A stretch of 64,000 nt of DNA from Candidatus Borrarchaeum weybense (GCA_019057385.1 JAHQJS010000004.1:916727-980726), one strand, 5' to 3'; positions 39,287-50,187 are shown, numbered from the stretch's first letter. Notes: generated from the sequence alone by a model not told the origin. Numbers and translations: made by a program.

Positions 39287-39568
39287 ATGTCTTTTAAACA
39301 TCTGGTTGAACTTACCTTCCTATTCGGCTGTATTGATGATAAAATTAGAGATAAGATAATCTGCTTTGATCGTGAGAGAAACCAAATCGCACATAGACTT
39401 CTAAAAATGGAAATTCCTTCGCAAAAGCTTAAGCAAATATGTTCACGGGGTTTGCAGTTGTTGGACGCATTGGAAACATCTTTTTCACAGATAATTCCAA
39501 AGCCCAAGTTCATAAAAATGAGAGCGTTTAAAATCATATCACTAACCCCTCCTAAATCGGGTACATGA
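39287..39568 (+). CDS. HEPN-like small protein, probably 5'-truncated
   Basis: R-x4-H motif RNQIAH in a helical context. Confidence 0.5.
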   Translation: MSFKHLVELTFLFGCIDDKIRDKIICFDRERNQIAHRLLKMEIPSQKLKQICSRGLQLLDALETSFSQIIPKPKFIKMRAFKIISLTPPKSGT

Positions 39569-39767
39569 AATCCTGTAAATGTTAGTTTTTCACTTATGTT
39601 CTAAGATAAAGTTCTCTTTTTTCGATGTTTTGCGACCGTTATCAAACTATGCCGATCTCAATTCTTAGAGCATTTCAGGATTTTAGTCTAAGTTCCTAGG
39701 ATGAATTTCTAAAAAACTAATTTGTTAGGAATTACTCTTATCAAAATCGTATCTGACAACCTGCTTA

Positions 39768-41150
39768 TCACTTTTCCCTCAATCTAGGCAAAGTAAAGAT
39801 GAAGGTGGCTCCCTTGCCCTCTCCCTCTGAATGAACCCAGATTTTGCCTCCGTGGGCTTCAATTAAGCCCTTGGTAACACTGAGTCCTAAATTCGCGCCT
39901 CTGAAGTAGGTGGGCTTCTTTATGTCGTCAAAAGGCTGGAAAATCCTTTTCAAGTCCTCCTTTCGGATTCCTATCCCCGTATCGGATACCTGTATATGAA
40001 TGACATTATCCTCTACTTCCACGCTAAGGGTTATAGTGCCATCTTCCGGTGTGAACATCGTAGCATTGTGGAGTATGTTCATTATTGCTTGCCTGAGCCT
40101 AATAGGGTCTCCCCGGATCATTAACAGGCCATTGGGAATTTCTAGGTGTAACTTTTGCTTTTTTTCGTTGATGAAGTCTTTAATGTCCTTCATGCAAATG
40201 TCTATTATCTCGGATAAGTTCAGATCCACAAGTTCTAGGTGGAGTTCTCCCGATTCGATTTGTTGGATGTCCAGTAGATCAGTGAGATAGAGAAGCTGGT
40301 CAATATTTCGTTTGACTACCTCCACACTCGTTTTGATTACTCCAGGCAATGATCCCAACTTTCCTGAATTGATGTAGTTAATGTATCCCTTAATGGAGAT
40401 TAGGGGCATTCTAAGTTCGTGGGTGGCTTTATCTATGAACTGGGACCTCACCTGGTCCAGTTTCTTCCGTTCGGTGATATCTCGGGCGATGCCTAACAAC
40501 AAAGATTGCCCTTTGATTTTTGCAGGGTACGTCCTTAATTCCACTAAAACTTGAGTGTTATCTTTTCGACTTACAATAAACTCATCTGGGCCAGTAGATT
40601 CGCCCATAGCATTTTTAACCAGAATGGCAGTCGCTTTTGGGATCTGATCTGGAGGCAATAGATTCAATTTTAAAAAACTCTTATTGATGAACTCTTCCCT
40701 CTTATAACCACTTAGTTTTTCTGAGGCTCTATTACCGTCAATGAAATTGCCTTTTAAATCACTAAAATAATACGCATCTGTTGCAAAGTCAAATAATAAC
40801 TTCAGCTGCTCTTCCGAACTTTTTAGTTCTTCCTCTATCCGATTGAACTCATTTTGTGGTGTTTCTAGTTCAGTAACACGTTGGCGCAATTCCATCAGTT
40901 CTTTTATAAATTGCTTCGCTCCTGAGGAATAATGCACAATGGTTTCCCTTAGGTCTTCTATTGAAAAATGTCCGTTTTCATAGGCTTCTACAGCTATTTG
41001 TAATATCTCAACTTTTGCAATGTTTTCGTCAGTATCACCTTTTTCTTGAACCTCATTCCAATAAAGAGAGAAACAATCCTTAATAGCAGAGAGAGGAGTC
41101 TCTTCTCGTAAAAAATTATTTAATTCGTTACATAATTCCGAATATTGCAT
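39768..41150 (-). CDS. PAS-domain sensor histidine kinase
   Basis: PAS (DGNRASEKLSGY..RDITERK), THELRMPL, DTGIGI, NLGL. Confidence 0.92.
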   Translation of the reverse strand: MQYSELCNELNNFLREETPLSAIKDCFSLYWNEVQEKGDTDENIAKVEILQIAVEAYENGHFSIEDLRETIVHYSSGAKQFIKELMELRQRVTELETPQNEFNRIEEELKSSEEQLKLLFDFATDAYYFSDLKGNFIDGNRASEKLSGYKREEFINKSFLKLNLLPPDQIPKATAILVKNAMGESTGPDEFIVSRKDNTQVLVELRTYPAKIKGQSLLLGIARDITERKKLDQVRSQFIDKATHELRMPLISIKGYINYINSGKLGSLPGVIKTSVEVVKRNIDQLLYLTDLLDIQQIESGELHLELVDLNLSEIIDICMKDIKDFINEKKQKLHLEIPNGLLMIRGDPIRLRQAIMNILHNATMFTPEDGTITLSVEVEDNVIHIQVSDTGIGIRKEDLKRIFQPFDDIKKPTYFRGANLGLSVTKGLIEAHGGKIWVHSEGEGKGATFIFTLPRLREK

Positions 41151-41703
41151 GCCGTTCTCCCATCCTCCTATGTTTCCAGTCTACGAATGCGTAGACCACG
41201 ATCTAGTGCCCTAGCTTCGAGTGCGAATAGCAACTTTCTACCTGTCGACCATTACAACTGCTACCACTAAAAAGTCTTGAAAATATGATAGTTCTTCTTT
41301 GAAAGAGTGTCTTAGCTTCAGAGATTCTGTTTCGTCGTATGAACGATGTATTTACTTATTTATGTAATAGAACACGCTTGTCGGTGTCTTAAATAGTTTG
41401 TAGAAAAATTCTACGCATGTTCTAAGATCGTAAAAGAATAGCAGTCTGAACCTATCACGTGCGGAATAATTCCGGGGAGAAGTCTATTTATTATAACTAA
41501 CATACTCCTATAGGAGTAAATTCAGTATCGTTTCGATATCAATCAACTAAAAATAGTGTATTCGAGCGTTAATGTGGAGTTATAGTGACACTTCCAAGAC
41601 AATTTCAAAAATATCAATTTGAAAATTTTGAAATTGGCTTGTATCCACTTTATTTGGTCGAAAAATTCTTATGGAGCATTTCTATGTAATAGTGGGTATC
41701 TAC

Positions 41704-42549
41704 ATGCCTTGGCCGTATGATCTGGATATAGATTTTCCTGATGAGAATTCAAACGAGTTTTCAGATGAGGCAGTAAAGGAGGATGTTAGGGACTTTTTTA
41801 CAAATCCAGATCATTTTCTTTATCAAAAATGGGGTGAAAAAGCAAACCACAGCAGAATGGAAGATCCTTATCATAAGAAACAAATTCAAGTGCTTTTTGA
41901 AGGAAGAGAATACTGGCACTGGGTTACGGATCGAGCAATAACAGAATTGCTCGAAGAAGGATTCTTAAAAGAAGTAAGAACAGATAATACGATATTTGTT
42001 ATGAGATCTGATGTCAGGTATTACAAACAGAAGATTAAGAAAAGAATGAAGCTGATTCGCAGATATTCAGATCCGTATATTTCTAGAGGATATGGTGTTT
42101 ATGCTGAAGACTTATTTCGTATGACTTTGGAAATCGAAGGATTTCGTACTCTTTCAAAAAATACTAATGAATATGATAACTCAATATGGGAAGAGACAGA
42201 TCACAACCTAGACTTCATTATTGAAAAAGAAGGAATTGTCTACGGCGTAGAAGTCAAAAATACATTGGATTATATTGAACAAGAAGAATTTAATATAAAA
42301 CTTGAGATGTGTGAATATTTTGGTATTATTCCTTTGTGGATTTTGAGAAATGCACCAGGGCTTCAATTTATGGTTATGAAACTACGAGGAGGCTTTATTA
42401 TGCGTTTTGGGACACAATTCTACCCACCTGGATTCAGACGTCTCGTGAGAGATATTTGGAATACCATGCGTCTCCCTGTCAATGTATGGAGATCAATTCC
42501 AGAAAAGATCATAAATGTGTTTTTGAATTTTCACAGTCAGCAAATATAG
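41704..42549 (+). CDS. PD-(D/E)XK restriction-endonuclease-fold protein
   Basis: AEDLF..LDFIIEKEGIVYGVEVKN; ATG 41704 preferred. Confidence 0.72.
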   Translation: MPWPYDLDIDFPDENSNEFSDEAVKEDVRDFFTNPDHFLYQKWGEKANHSRMEDPYHKKQIQVLFEGREYWHWVTDRAITELLEEGFLKEVRTDNTIFVMRSDVRYYKQKIKKRMKLIRRYSDPYISRGYGVYAEDLFRMTLEIEGFRTLSKNTNEYDNSIWEETDHNLDFIIEKEGIVYGVEVKNTLDYIEQEEFNIKLEMCEYFGIIPLWILRNAPGLQFMVMKLRGGFIMRFGTQFYPPGFRRLVRDIWNTMRLPVNVWRSIPEKIINVFLNFHSQQI

Positions 42550-42938
42550 TTGTGGGCTCAAGAAAAAATTAGTACCCCCAATAAACACATACTCGTCAGT
42601 GCACCCTATAATTTTGAAATTGACCGAAGCATTATTTTGAATTTGGTATCCTGGAAACATGAAATTCACGAAAATGAGTTTTTTGGTTTGTGTATAGATC
42701 TCATATTAGTTTTTCAGAAGAACGAAGTATACAACAACGAGGACGTATTTTTTATGGTCTGCTTCGAGATCATCAAAAGATTATAAACTCACTTCTTCTC
42801 GAAGATACTCCCATTAAATGGGACTGAAACATGAATGAAAACAAGAAATGATGAAATAGTAAGGTAATTAATGACAGTTTTCACGTAACTATCGGAATAT
42901 TGATTATACATTTATTGAACAATTTTCGAGGGATAGTT

Positions 42939-43508
42939 ATGATCAATATTGGTATAATAATTTTCGATGGCGCAGAAGAACTGGATTTTGTTGGTCCTTA
43001 TGAGATCTTTTCTATCATGAACACGCTTGATGATCAGAAAAGGATCAATGTCTTCACAATTGCGGAAAAAAAAGAATTAGTGAAATGTGCAAACAATCTA
43101 AAGGTAATGCCTGATTTCTCCTTTGAAGAAGCCCCGGAAATTGATGTGTTACTCATTCCTGGAGGCGATGGAAGAAGAAAGGAGATGCACAACGAAACTC
43201 TAAGAGATTTCGTACTAAAAACTGCTAAAACAGCAAAATATACTACTTCAGTGTGTACAGGAGTATTCATTTTAGCAGAAGCAGGACTTCTTGATGGGAA
43301 AAAGGCTACAACATGGAAAGGTGTCCTTAACGAACTCGATAACTATGAAAAAATAGAAATGGTCAAGGAACGATTTGTAGTTGAGGGAAATGTTATCACT
43401 TCGGCAGGAGTTACTGCGGGCATGGACATGGCACTTTATTTGGTAGAGGTTTTGTTTGGGAGCGATGCTAGAAAATTTGTTGCCGAAGAAATTGAATATA
43501 AATACTGA
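42939..43508 (+). CDS. DJ-1/PfpI family protein
   Basis: EELDFVGPYE, IPGG, SVCTG, TSAGVTAGMD. Confidence 0.93.
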   Translation: MINIGIIIFDGAEELDFVGPYEIFSIMNTLDDQKRINVFTIAEKKELVKCANNLKVMPDFSFEEAPEIDVLLIPGGDGRRKEMHNETLRDFVLKTAKTAKYTTSVCTGVFILAEAGLLDGKKATTWKGVLNELDNYEKIEMVKERFVVEGNVITSAGVTAGMDMALYLVEVLFGSDARKFVAEEIEYKY

Positions 43509-43584
43509 ATTGTTTTCATTGAAAACAATTAAAAGTAAAAGTCTATAGCTTTGAAGACAGAGTTTTGAAGAGCGGAAGCGAATC

Positions 43585-44013
43585 ATGATGAAAGATAACG
43601 AATCAAGCACTGGAGAAATGAATCTTAAGAAATTACTTTATGATATTGCATGCCGACCTCTTTGCAGGTTTTATAAAGAAGGACAAGAAGACGATCCAGA
43701 GGAAACAGAATGTGGTGCTTGGGAAATTTTAAGTAAGCACATTATAGACGGGTCATTAACTGTCGATGAACTACGAAAATTTTCCGAATCTAGTAAAGAT
43801 GAAGTTGATATGACTGGAGAAAAAAAGCCACCCTTTGATACACTTGATCAATCGCTTACTAATAAGATATGCAAACCGCTCTGCGAATTTTATGCGGAAG
43901 GTCAGGAGCACTGGGAGAAAGACTATCAATGCGGGGCCTATAAACTTATAAAGACTCTCATCACATCAGAAAAATTAAGACTTGAAGACCTTAAGATTAA
44001 AAAAGACGATTAA
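43585..44013 (+). CDS. Small protein with duplicated C-x3-C-x-FY...CGA motif
   Basis: IACRPLCRFYKEGQE..ECGAW and KICKPLCEFYAEGQE..QCGAY. Confidence 0.7.
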   Translation: MMKDNESSTGEMNLKKLLYDIACRPLCRFYKEGQEDDPEETECGAWEILSKHIIDGSLTVDELRKFSESSKDEVDMTGEKKPPFDTLDQSLTNKICKPLCEFYAEGQEHWEKDYQCGAYKLIKTLITSEKLRLEDLKIKKDD

Positions 44014-44042
44014 GAAATAATCGATGACGCAAGAGGATTGTA

Positions 44043-44813
44043 ATGGATCCAATTCTGTATGCAATTGCAATAAGCACATTAGCAGGATCAGCAACGGGTT
44101 TGGGTGCTTTAATAGTTCTCGTTTTAGGGAAACGTAGTGATAACATTCTTGGAATGATGCTTGGATTTGCAAGTGGAACAATGATTGCTGTTGCCGCGCT
44201 GATTCTTATAATAGAAAGCGAAGCACTTACTAACGTAATATGGGCGGCACTTGGCTTTGCACTCGGAGCATTTGTAATGTTAATTGTAGATGCACGTTTA
44301 CCTCATTTTCATGTAACATGCGAATATGAGGGTGGTCAAAAAGAATCAACAACACGAGACTTAGCGTCACTCAAATGTGGAATGTTAATTGCAATTGGTA
44401 TCACAATACATAATTTCCCTGAAGGACTATCGGTGGCGACTGGGTTTGCGATCACACCAAGTCTTGGTCTTGTAATTGCATTATCGATTGGATTTCATAA
44501 TATTCCTGAAGGCATAGCTGTAGCTATACCCTTGTATAAAGCTGGCATGAGAAAAGACCAATTGTTTTTGGTTACTCTTCTTTCAGGACTATCGGAACCA
44601 CTTGCCGCGACAATTTCCCTGTTGCTCTTATTACAGGTTTCTATTTTTATTCAGGCTATATTTCTAGCCTTTGCAGGAGGAGCTATGATCTATTTGGTTT
44701 GCGACGAGTTAGCACCGCAGGCACATAGCGAAAAAACACACGAACATATACCAATAATAGGATTAGTTGCAGGTTTTTTGATTATTCTTCTTTTGAAGAG
44801 TCTTATTGCATGA
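44043..44813 (+). CDS. zupT: ZIP family metal transporter (ZupT-like)
   Basis: HNFPEG and HNIPEG motifs, SGLSEP. Confidence 0.92.
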   Translation: MDPILYAIAISTLAGSATGLGALIVLVLGKRSDNILGMMLGFASGTMIAVAALILIIESEALTNVIWAALGFALGAFVMLIVDARLPHFHVTCEYEGGQKESTTRDLASLKCGMLIAIGITIHNFPEGLSVATGFAITPSLGLVIALSIGFHNIPEGIAVAIPLYKAGMRKDQLFLVTLLSGLSEPLAATISLLLLLQVSIFIQAIFLAFAGGAMIYLVCDELAPQAHSEKTHEHIPIIGLVAGFLIILLLKSLIA

Positions 44814-44978
44814 AGTTCGCTAAAATTCAACGCAAAGTAATATTTACTTTAAAGTACAATTATTAAAAACTGGCATTTAAATTAGAGCGACATATACGAC
44901 TAGAAAAGTAGTACATAAGTTTTTATGATAAAATAACACTTTTCCTAATTTACCAATTCTAAGGAGTGATAATTTTAG

Positions 44979-45734
44979 ATGTTTTCTAATCATGATATCG
45001 AACTTATAGCAGAAATTCTCGTCAATTCAAAATACTTAGTTGCTTTTACGGGAGCAGGTGTTTCAACAGAATCTGGACTGCCTGATTATAGAGGTCCTGA
45101 GGGAGTTTGGACACTTCGAGATAAAGGACTCAAACCGAAATTACCAAGGAAACCAATCTCTGAAATCGAGCCAAATTCAGGTCACTATGCATTTGTTGAT
45201 TTATATGAACTGGGTATTTTAAAATATTTAATCTCGCAAAATGTTGACAATCTTCATTTAAAATCTGGAATTCCGCTTGAAATCATTGCTGAACTTCATG
45301 GCAACCATGCACTGACGAAATGTTTGGACTGTGATGCTCGTTTTACTAAACAGGAAATTGGTTGGGATGATCTGATCCATGGAAAGGGTTATCGGACTGA
45401 AAAGCCTAGATCAGATCAACCTAAATGCCCCCATTGCAAATCGCGAATAATTTCGTCAATTGTTAATTTTAATGATCCAATGCCTGAAAAGGAAATTATA
45501 GAATCTGATAACCAATCGAGAAAATGTGATGTAATGTTAGTAGTTGGTTCTTCGCTGAGCGTTTATCCTGCAGCCGAACTTCCGGTCATAGCTAAACGTT
45601 CAGGAGCGATACTTATCATAATTAATAAAGGTCCAACTCAACTTGATAATTTGGCTGATGTTCGTATTGAAGCAAAATCTGGCGAATTCTTGCCTAAAGT
45701 GGTAGAACAAATTAGGCAACTAAAAAACAGTTGA
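44979..45734 (+). CDS. cobB: Sir2 family NAD-dependent deacylase
   Basis: GAGVSTESGLPDYRG, SQNVD, ELHG, CLDC/CPHC, GSSL. Confidence 0.93.
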   Translation: MFSNHDIELIAEILVNSKYLVAFTGAGVSTESGLPDYRGPEGVWTLRDKGLKPKLPRKPISEIEPNSGHYAFVDLYELGILKYLISQNVDNLHLKSGIPLEIIAELHGNHALTKCLDCDARFTKQEIGWDDLIHGKGYRTEKPRSDQPKCPHCKSRIISSIVNFNDPMPEKEIIESDNQSRKCDVMLVVGSSLSVYPAAELPVIAKRSGAILIIINKGPTQLDNLADVRIEAKSGEFLPKVVEQIRQLKNS

Positions 45735-45756
45735 AAATTTGCTTCTTCTTTTTCCT

Positions 45757-46002
45757 TCAAGATTTTGTTTCTTCAAGCCTTTGTTTCTCAGTTAAATTTA
45801 ACAAAAAGGAGCGTGCTAGCTTTGGTGAACTAAATCTCGCAATTGCCCATTCTAGATGAATTGTGAAATTCTTTCCACAAAAAGGGCAACTCTTTTTTCT
45901 CGATTTGACGAATTTTTTGTGAGATTGGTAAATCTGAGGCTTATCACATGATGTACAACGGACGAGATAGTAGAAGTGCTTTGACTTTTGAGAATTTTCC
46001 AT
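45757..46002 (-). CDS. Small zinc-ribbon protein
   Basis: RCTSC and SCPFCG; ATG 46002 preferred. Confidence 0.65.
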   Translation of the reverse strand: MENSQKSKHFYYLVRCTSCDKPQIYQSHKKFVKSRKKSCPFCGKNFTIHLEWAIARFSSPKLARSFLLNLTEKQRLEETKS

Positions 46003-46088
46003 TTCAACCGCTTCAATGAATATTGAATCTAGATGTACCAAGATTTGGTTAGAAAACTATACCTTTCGGTTTTATTTATTATAACGTC

Positions 46089-47663
46089 TTATGAGAAGTG
46101 GTTAATATAAAAATCTGCTGAGTTGTACTCTCTTTTTTTAATGATTTTATTGATCTCGTAATGTACCTGTTTTGATTTTAATTTTCTGAGATGACTGTTC
46201 TCTCGTTCACGTTTCTTAAATTCCAAAATTCCAAGCAAGAAAACATTTTTGTCTATACCCTCGTGATATTTGCTATTCTTACTTATTCTTACGCCTTTAA
46301 TGAAGCCTCCAAATTTTAGAAACTCTATACAAGCACTTATACTTTGATTTTTAAGTCGTAAAATTCCAGACCAGTTCGTTTTTGAACTTATTAAAGTTAG
46401 AATAATGTTAAACTGTTTTGCGATTTGCTGCAGTTGTTTGGATAAAACGGGATGAGTGCATGCGAGCATCAATGAAGGACAAAGGTATTCGTTTTTTATC
46501 CCACGTTTATTGTATTCTCTTGTTTTATAAAATGTCATACTTCCCTCAGTTGACATCCAAATTCTGAAGGCAATTTTCTTCTCAGTCTCAGGCGCACTAA
46601 TTAAATAGTCTAAATGCGGTTGTGGTTCTTTCAAATATTCATCAATAGTTTGTCTGGATGCAGGTGACGTTTTTGTATTTCCAGAATGTTTCGTAATGTC
46701 ATTTACGATTGTTTTTACTATCTTTTGAGTATAAGAAGTACGATACATCTTAGTTTCAGCATTGTATAAGCAATATGATGTGGGTAAAAGGTCGTACTCG
46801 TAATACATGGCATCTACAAAATAATTGTGCAAAATACTATTACGTCCATCAAAATGGATCATGTAATTATATTCATTGGAATTTGGTCGACTTACACAAC
46901 CGTCACTCTGGAGACATGGGATAATAATAGAGCGCTTCAGATCGACTCCCTCTTCATGCCAGAATCTTGCTTCACTTGTGAGCGGGGGGTATATTTTAGG
47001 GACTTTACTGTATTGAAAGAAGGTTGTAAGATAGTTGTATAAGTCTCTTGAGTAGATTCTTTTATCGCGGCTATTAATGTGAAGTGTTACATTTAGTGTG
47101 TCTTTGATTTCAGAAAGAGTCTCCATAGAACATTTGAGTAAAGTCAGAACATTTGGGGCACGAATACTGGCTGTTTGGGGGGAGATATAGGGTATAATAT
47201 CAATAATTTTCTCAAATTTTACTGGTAAGGTGACATTTTTCAGAGAGAGCTTTCCTTGATCAATAAATGAATATATTGTAGACTTTGATACACCAAATGC
47301 TTCAGCGATGTTAATTAGTGAGTGTAATGGTATTCTATTGACATTTTTTTCCCATTGGCTTGCAGTGCTCAAACCGGATTTGAAGATTTTAGCAATATCT
47401 ACCAATCTGAGACGATTTTTCATCCTTATATTCTTAATGAATTGTCCCGCGCCAGCTACACGTAAATTAGGGACTTTAACTAGATCAAAGAACCCTTGTT
47501 CAGTCAATACATCTTCTTTCAGTTCTACGTAGTATTTATAAACTGATGTTTCACGAATGAGTCCTTTAAAGGTTTTGGGTATATATTTTTTGTTATTTGC
47601 TGATTTTTTGTTTATTTGTGGAACTATAGCACCCAAAAACTCACCAATCATCTCATAGCACAT
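46089..47663 (-). CDS. XRE-type HTH + two-motif LAGLIDADG-like domain protein
   Basis: IKNIRMKNRLRLVDIAK..ASQWEKN..IP HTH; IIIPCLQSDGCV and AFRIWMSTEGSM LAGLIDADG-like helices. Confidence 0.65.
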   Translation of the reverse strand: MCYEMIGEFLGAIVPQINKKSANNKKYIPKTFKGLIRETSVYKYYVELKEDVLTEQGFFDLVKVPNLRVAGAGQFIKNIRMKNRLRLVDIAKIFKSGLSTASQWEKNVNRIPLHSLINIAEAFGVSKSTIYSFIDQGKLSLKNVTLPVKFEKIIDIIPYISPQTASIRAPNVLTLLKCSMETLSEIKDTLNVTLHINSRDKRIYSRDLYNYLTTFFQYSKVPKIYPPLTSEARFWHEEGVDLKRSIIIPCLQSDGCVSRPNSNEYNYMIHFDGRNSILHNYFVDAMYYEYDLLPTSYCLYNAETKMYRTSYTQKIVKTIVNDITKHSGNTKTSPASRQTIDEYLKEPQPHLDYLISAPETEKKIAFRIWMSTEGSMTFYKTREYNKRGIKNEYLCPSLMLACTHPVLSKQLQQIAKQFNIILTLISSKTNWSGILRLKNQSISACIEFLKFGGFIKGVRISKNSKYHEGIDKNVFLLGILEFKKRERENSHLRKLKSKQVHYEINKIIKKREYNSADFYINHFS

Positions 47664-47995
47664 TTATCTTAAAAATCTTTGTTGATAAATCATTCTTTTA
47701 AAAGGAATATGTTTTCTTTACTCAAAACATTATGTTAATGATCAAAAATGCATAAAAGTCCTTTTAAACAGCATTAACGCCCCTCATGTTTATTAATAAG
47801 AAGTCGAATTTGATCGGAAAATAAAACATGATTTCGTCCTAACTAAAGGAACAGGTAAAGGCAATGAAAAAATATAAAGAATTCTTAACGTTCATAGGGG
47901 AAAATTTAGGAACCCTTTTGATTTTGCGCCATTTTAAAGAACTCCTTGTGAATTTCCATCAGGGATAATACCATAAGCTTTTACAGGTCATTGTT

Positions 47996-49429
47996 TTAGG
48001 TGTGGTGATTATACGGACAACTTACATCTGGTCCAAGCCAGTCTCCAGAACCTACAAATCCTGTAAATCGGCATCCTCCACAAAGAAAATTAAATTGACA
48101 GTTCCCACAATGTCCCTTTAACTTATTTCTCTTACGTATATGGTTCAGAAGTCGGCTATTTACCCATATATTTTCCAAATCGTCTTTTAGAAGATTTCCA
48201 GTTGTTTGAGGAGCAGGAACACACGGCTGTAAGTCTCCCTGAGCAGTTAACCCAGCGTATGTTATTCCGGCTGTGCAGCCCCCGAAGCCTGAGGCAAATC
48301 GATGTACGATCTTACTGAATTCATTACTAAACTCATCAAATTCAGGCAAATTATCATATCCAGAAAGAGCCTCGCCTACTGTGAAGATTTTACCTTGGGA
48401 ACGTGTATAACTATAACGCCCATAATAAGTCATTCCTCGTGCATAAACTTTAATCCCATTACCCTGTGTTATAGATTTTGAAAGTTTTTCGTACAAGTAT
48501 TTCAACGCTTCAAATTTCTCTTGTGAAGTAACATCATACATGTCAAAAATTCTTGCGCCTCGACCTGCGGGTATTAAACGATTCAGATAAAACCGAGTTG
48601 CCCCTAGTGTCTCTGCAAACTCTATGATTTTTGGAATCTCTTGAACGTTTAATTTGTTAAGAGTTGCAGTAACTGCAATTTCCTGAAAATTACCGTTTTC
48701 AGCACAGATTTTTATGCCCTCTACAGTTTTTTCAAAAGCACCTGGAGTATTTCGAAATCCATCATGAATTTCTGGACGTATTCCATCCAATCCGATTTCA
48801 ATTCTCTGAATTCCGGCTTTTGTCAACTTATCAACAACTTTATGTGTAAGAAGCGTACCATTTGTGGCAACTGTGCAAAGTAGATCATTTGAGCTCGCAT
48901 AATGTGCCAACTCAAAGAGATCTGGTCGTAGCAGGGGTTCTCCTCCAGAAAAAGTTAAAACAGAGATCCCAGCATTAGCCATGTTATCTATTACTTTAAA
49001 TCCCTGCTCGGTGTTTAACTCGTTATAATTATGCGCCATTTCGCCTGAATCTTGATGACAGTGTAAGCAGTTTAAATTGCATTGATTGGTAAAATTCCAA
49101 ACAATTACGACAGGCACGTTTGTAGGTTGAGGTTTCATCACGCCAAAGGTGGATATCCCTTTCACAAGATTAATTATAGTTCTTTGGTAAAGTGGTTTTT
49201 CTAATAATTTCAGTAAACGTTCTTTGGAAATTCTTAAGTGTAGTGACAAAAATTGGATGACGGTATTTATTATATGCCGAGTTATTTTACAACTTGAACA
49301 CAATATCTTTTTTCTGTTTAGTAATTGCGAAAACACGGAACTAATTCTGTCCTTACCACATGTGTCGCATTTCTCTGCAAGATAATCTGAAAGTTTCTTT
49401 GCAAAATAATAAGATGCTTTAATTTCCAA
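47996..49429 (-). CDS. Radical SAM/SPASM protein with N-terminal CxxC...CxxC extension
   Basis: WNFTNQCNLNCLHC, SGGEP, GCTAG, CGNC..LCGGCR. Confidence 0.9.
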   Translation of the reverse strand: MEIKASYYFAKKLSDYLAEKCDTCGKDRISSVFSQLLNRKKILCSSCKITRHIINTVIQFLSLHLRISKERLLKLLEKPLYQRTIINLVKGISTFGVMKPQPTNVPVVIVWNFTNQCNLNCLHCHQDSGEMAHNYNELNTEQGFKVIDNMANAGISVLTFSGGEPLLRPDLFELAHYASSNDLLCTVATNGTLLTHKVVDKLTKAGIQRIEIGLDGIRPEIHDGFRNTPGAFEKTVEGIKICAENGNFQEIAVTATLNKLNVQEIPKIIEFAETLGATRFYLNRLIPAGRGARIFDMYDVTSQEKFEALKYLYEKLSKSITQGNGIKVYARGMTYYGRYSYTRSQGKIFTVGEALSGYDNLPEFDEFSNEFSKIVHRFASGFGGCTAGITYAGLTAQGDLQPCVPAPQTTGNLLKDDLENIWVNSRLLNHIRKRNKLKGHCGNCQFNFLCGGCRFTGFVGSGDWLGPDVSCPYNHHT

Positions 49430-49540
49430 AATCTCCTTTCGTTATTATTTTCTTTTTATTTCGATCCCTGTTGTTCCCTCCATTATTTAAAAATAGTAGA
49501 TGAAAAAAAGGACTAGAATACTGAGATGTAAATTATTGTT

Positions 49541-50092
49541 TTATCGATACTTGTCTTTTAAATACGCTAAGATTTCGATGAGTGTTTTATCAGTAAAATA
49601 GGATTCAACGGCATTCCAAAACTCATTAAAAATTTCCTTTGGGTATCCTGCTTTTTGATATTCGACAGCCTGAAGAAGCATTTCTAATTTATCTATCTGA
49701 TGCAACAACTTTGCTTCTTCTGTTTCATTGTTAATATATTGTTCATAGATTGCGAATAATTGCTTTTGTTTCTTCTCGTCTATTAACTCGAACAATTTCT
49801 TAGTTGCTTCTTTTTCCAACTCTCTTTTATTTTTGTCCCCTCCTAGCAATTCAATCGAAGAAGGAGTTAGATCCCCTATTTTACTTTCACCTATATCGTG
49901 TAAAATGGACATTGTCAAAAGTTTTTGAAGGTTGATATCGTTTCTGTCCATACCTATAATAAGAGCCATGAGCGTAGTTGAAAATGAATGTGCTGCAATA
50001 GATTCAGGATCTTTGATACCTTTTACTACCCATCCTGTTCTTGGAAGTCTTTTCAAAACATTTGTAACTTCAAAAAATTTTACAAAATCCAT
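49541..50092 (-). CDS. HD-domain hydrolase (YfbR/HDDC2-like nucleotidase)
   Basis: LKRLPRTGW, ESIAAHS, LHDIGE..GD, DKLEMLLQA. Confidence 0.9.
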   Translation of the reverse strand: MDFVKFFEVTNVLKRLPRTGWVVKGIKDPESIAAHSFSTTLMALIIGMDRNDINLQKLLTMSILHDIGESKIGDLTPSSIELLGGDKNKRELEKEATKKLFELIDEKKQKQLFAIYEQYINNETEEAKLLHQIDKLEMLLQAVEYQKAGYPKEIFNEFWNAVESYFTDKTLIEILAYLKDKYR

Positions 50093-50187
50093 AGACTCAC
50101 CATAATCTCATTTCTTTAATTCTTTATATAATAACAACTATTACAAAGATATCGTATTTAATTAAAATCAATAAAGAATGGAAACCG

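Noticed and set aside
42550-42786. 78-aa ORF after the nuclease
   Set aside because: TTG start without RBS and no motifs; unsupported
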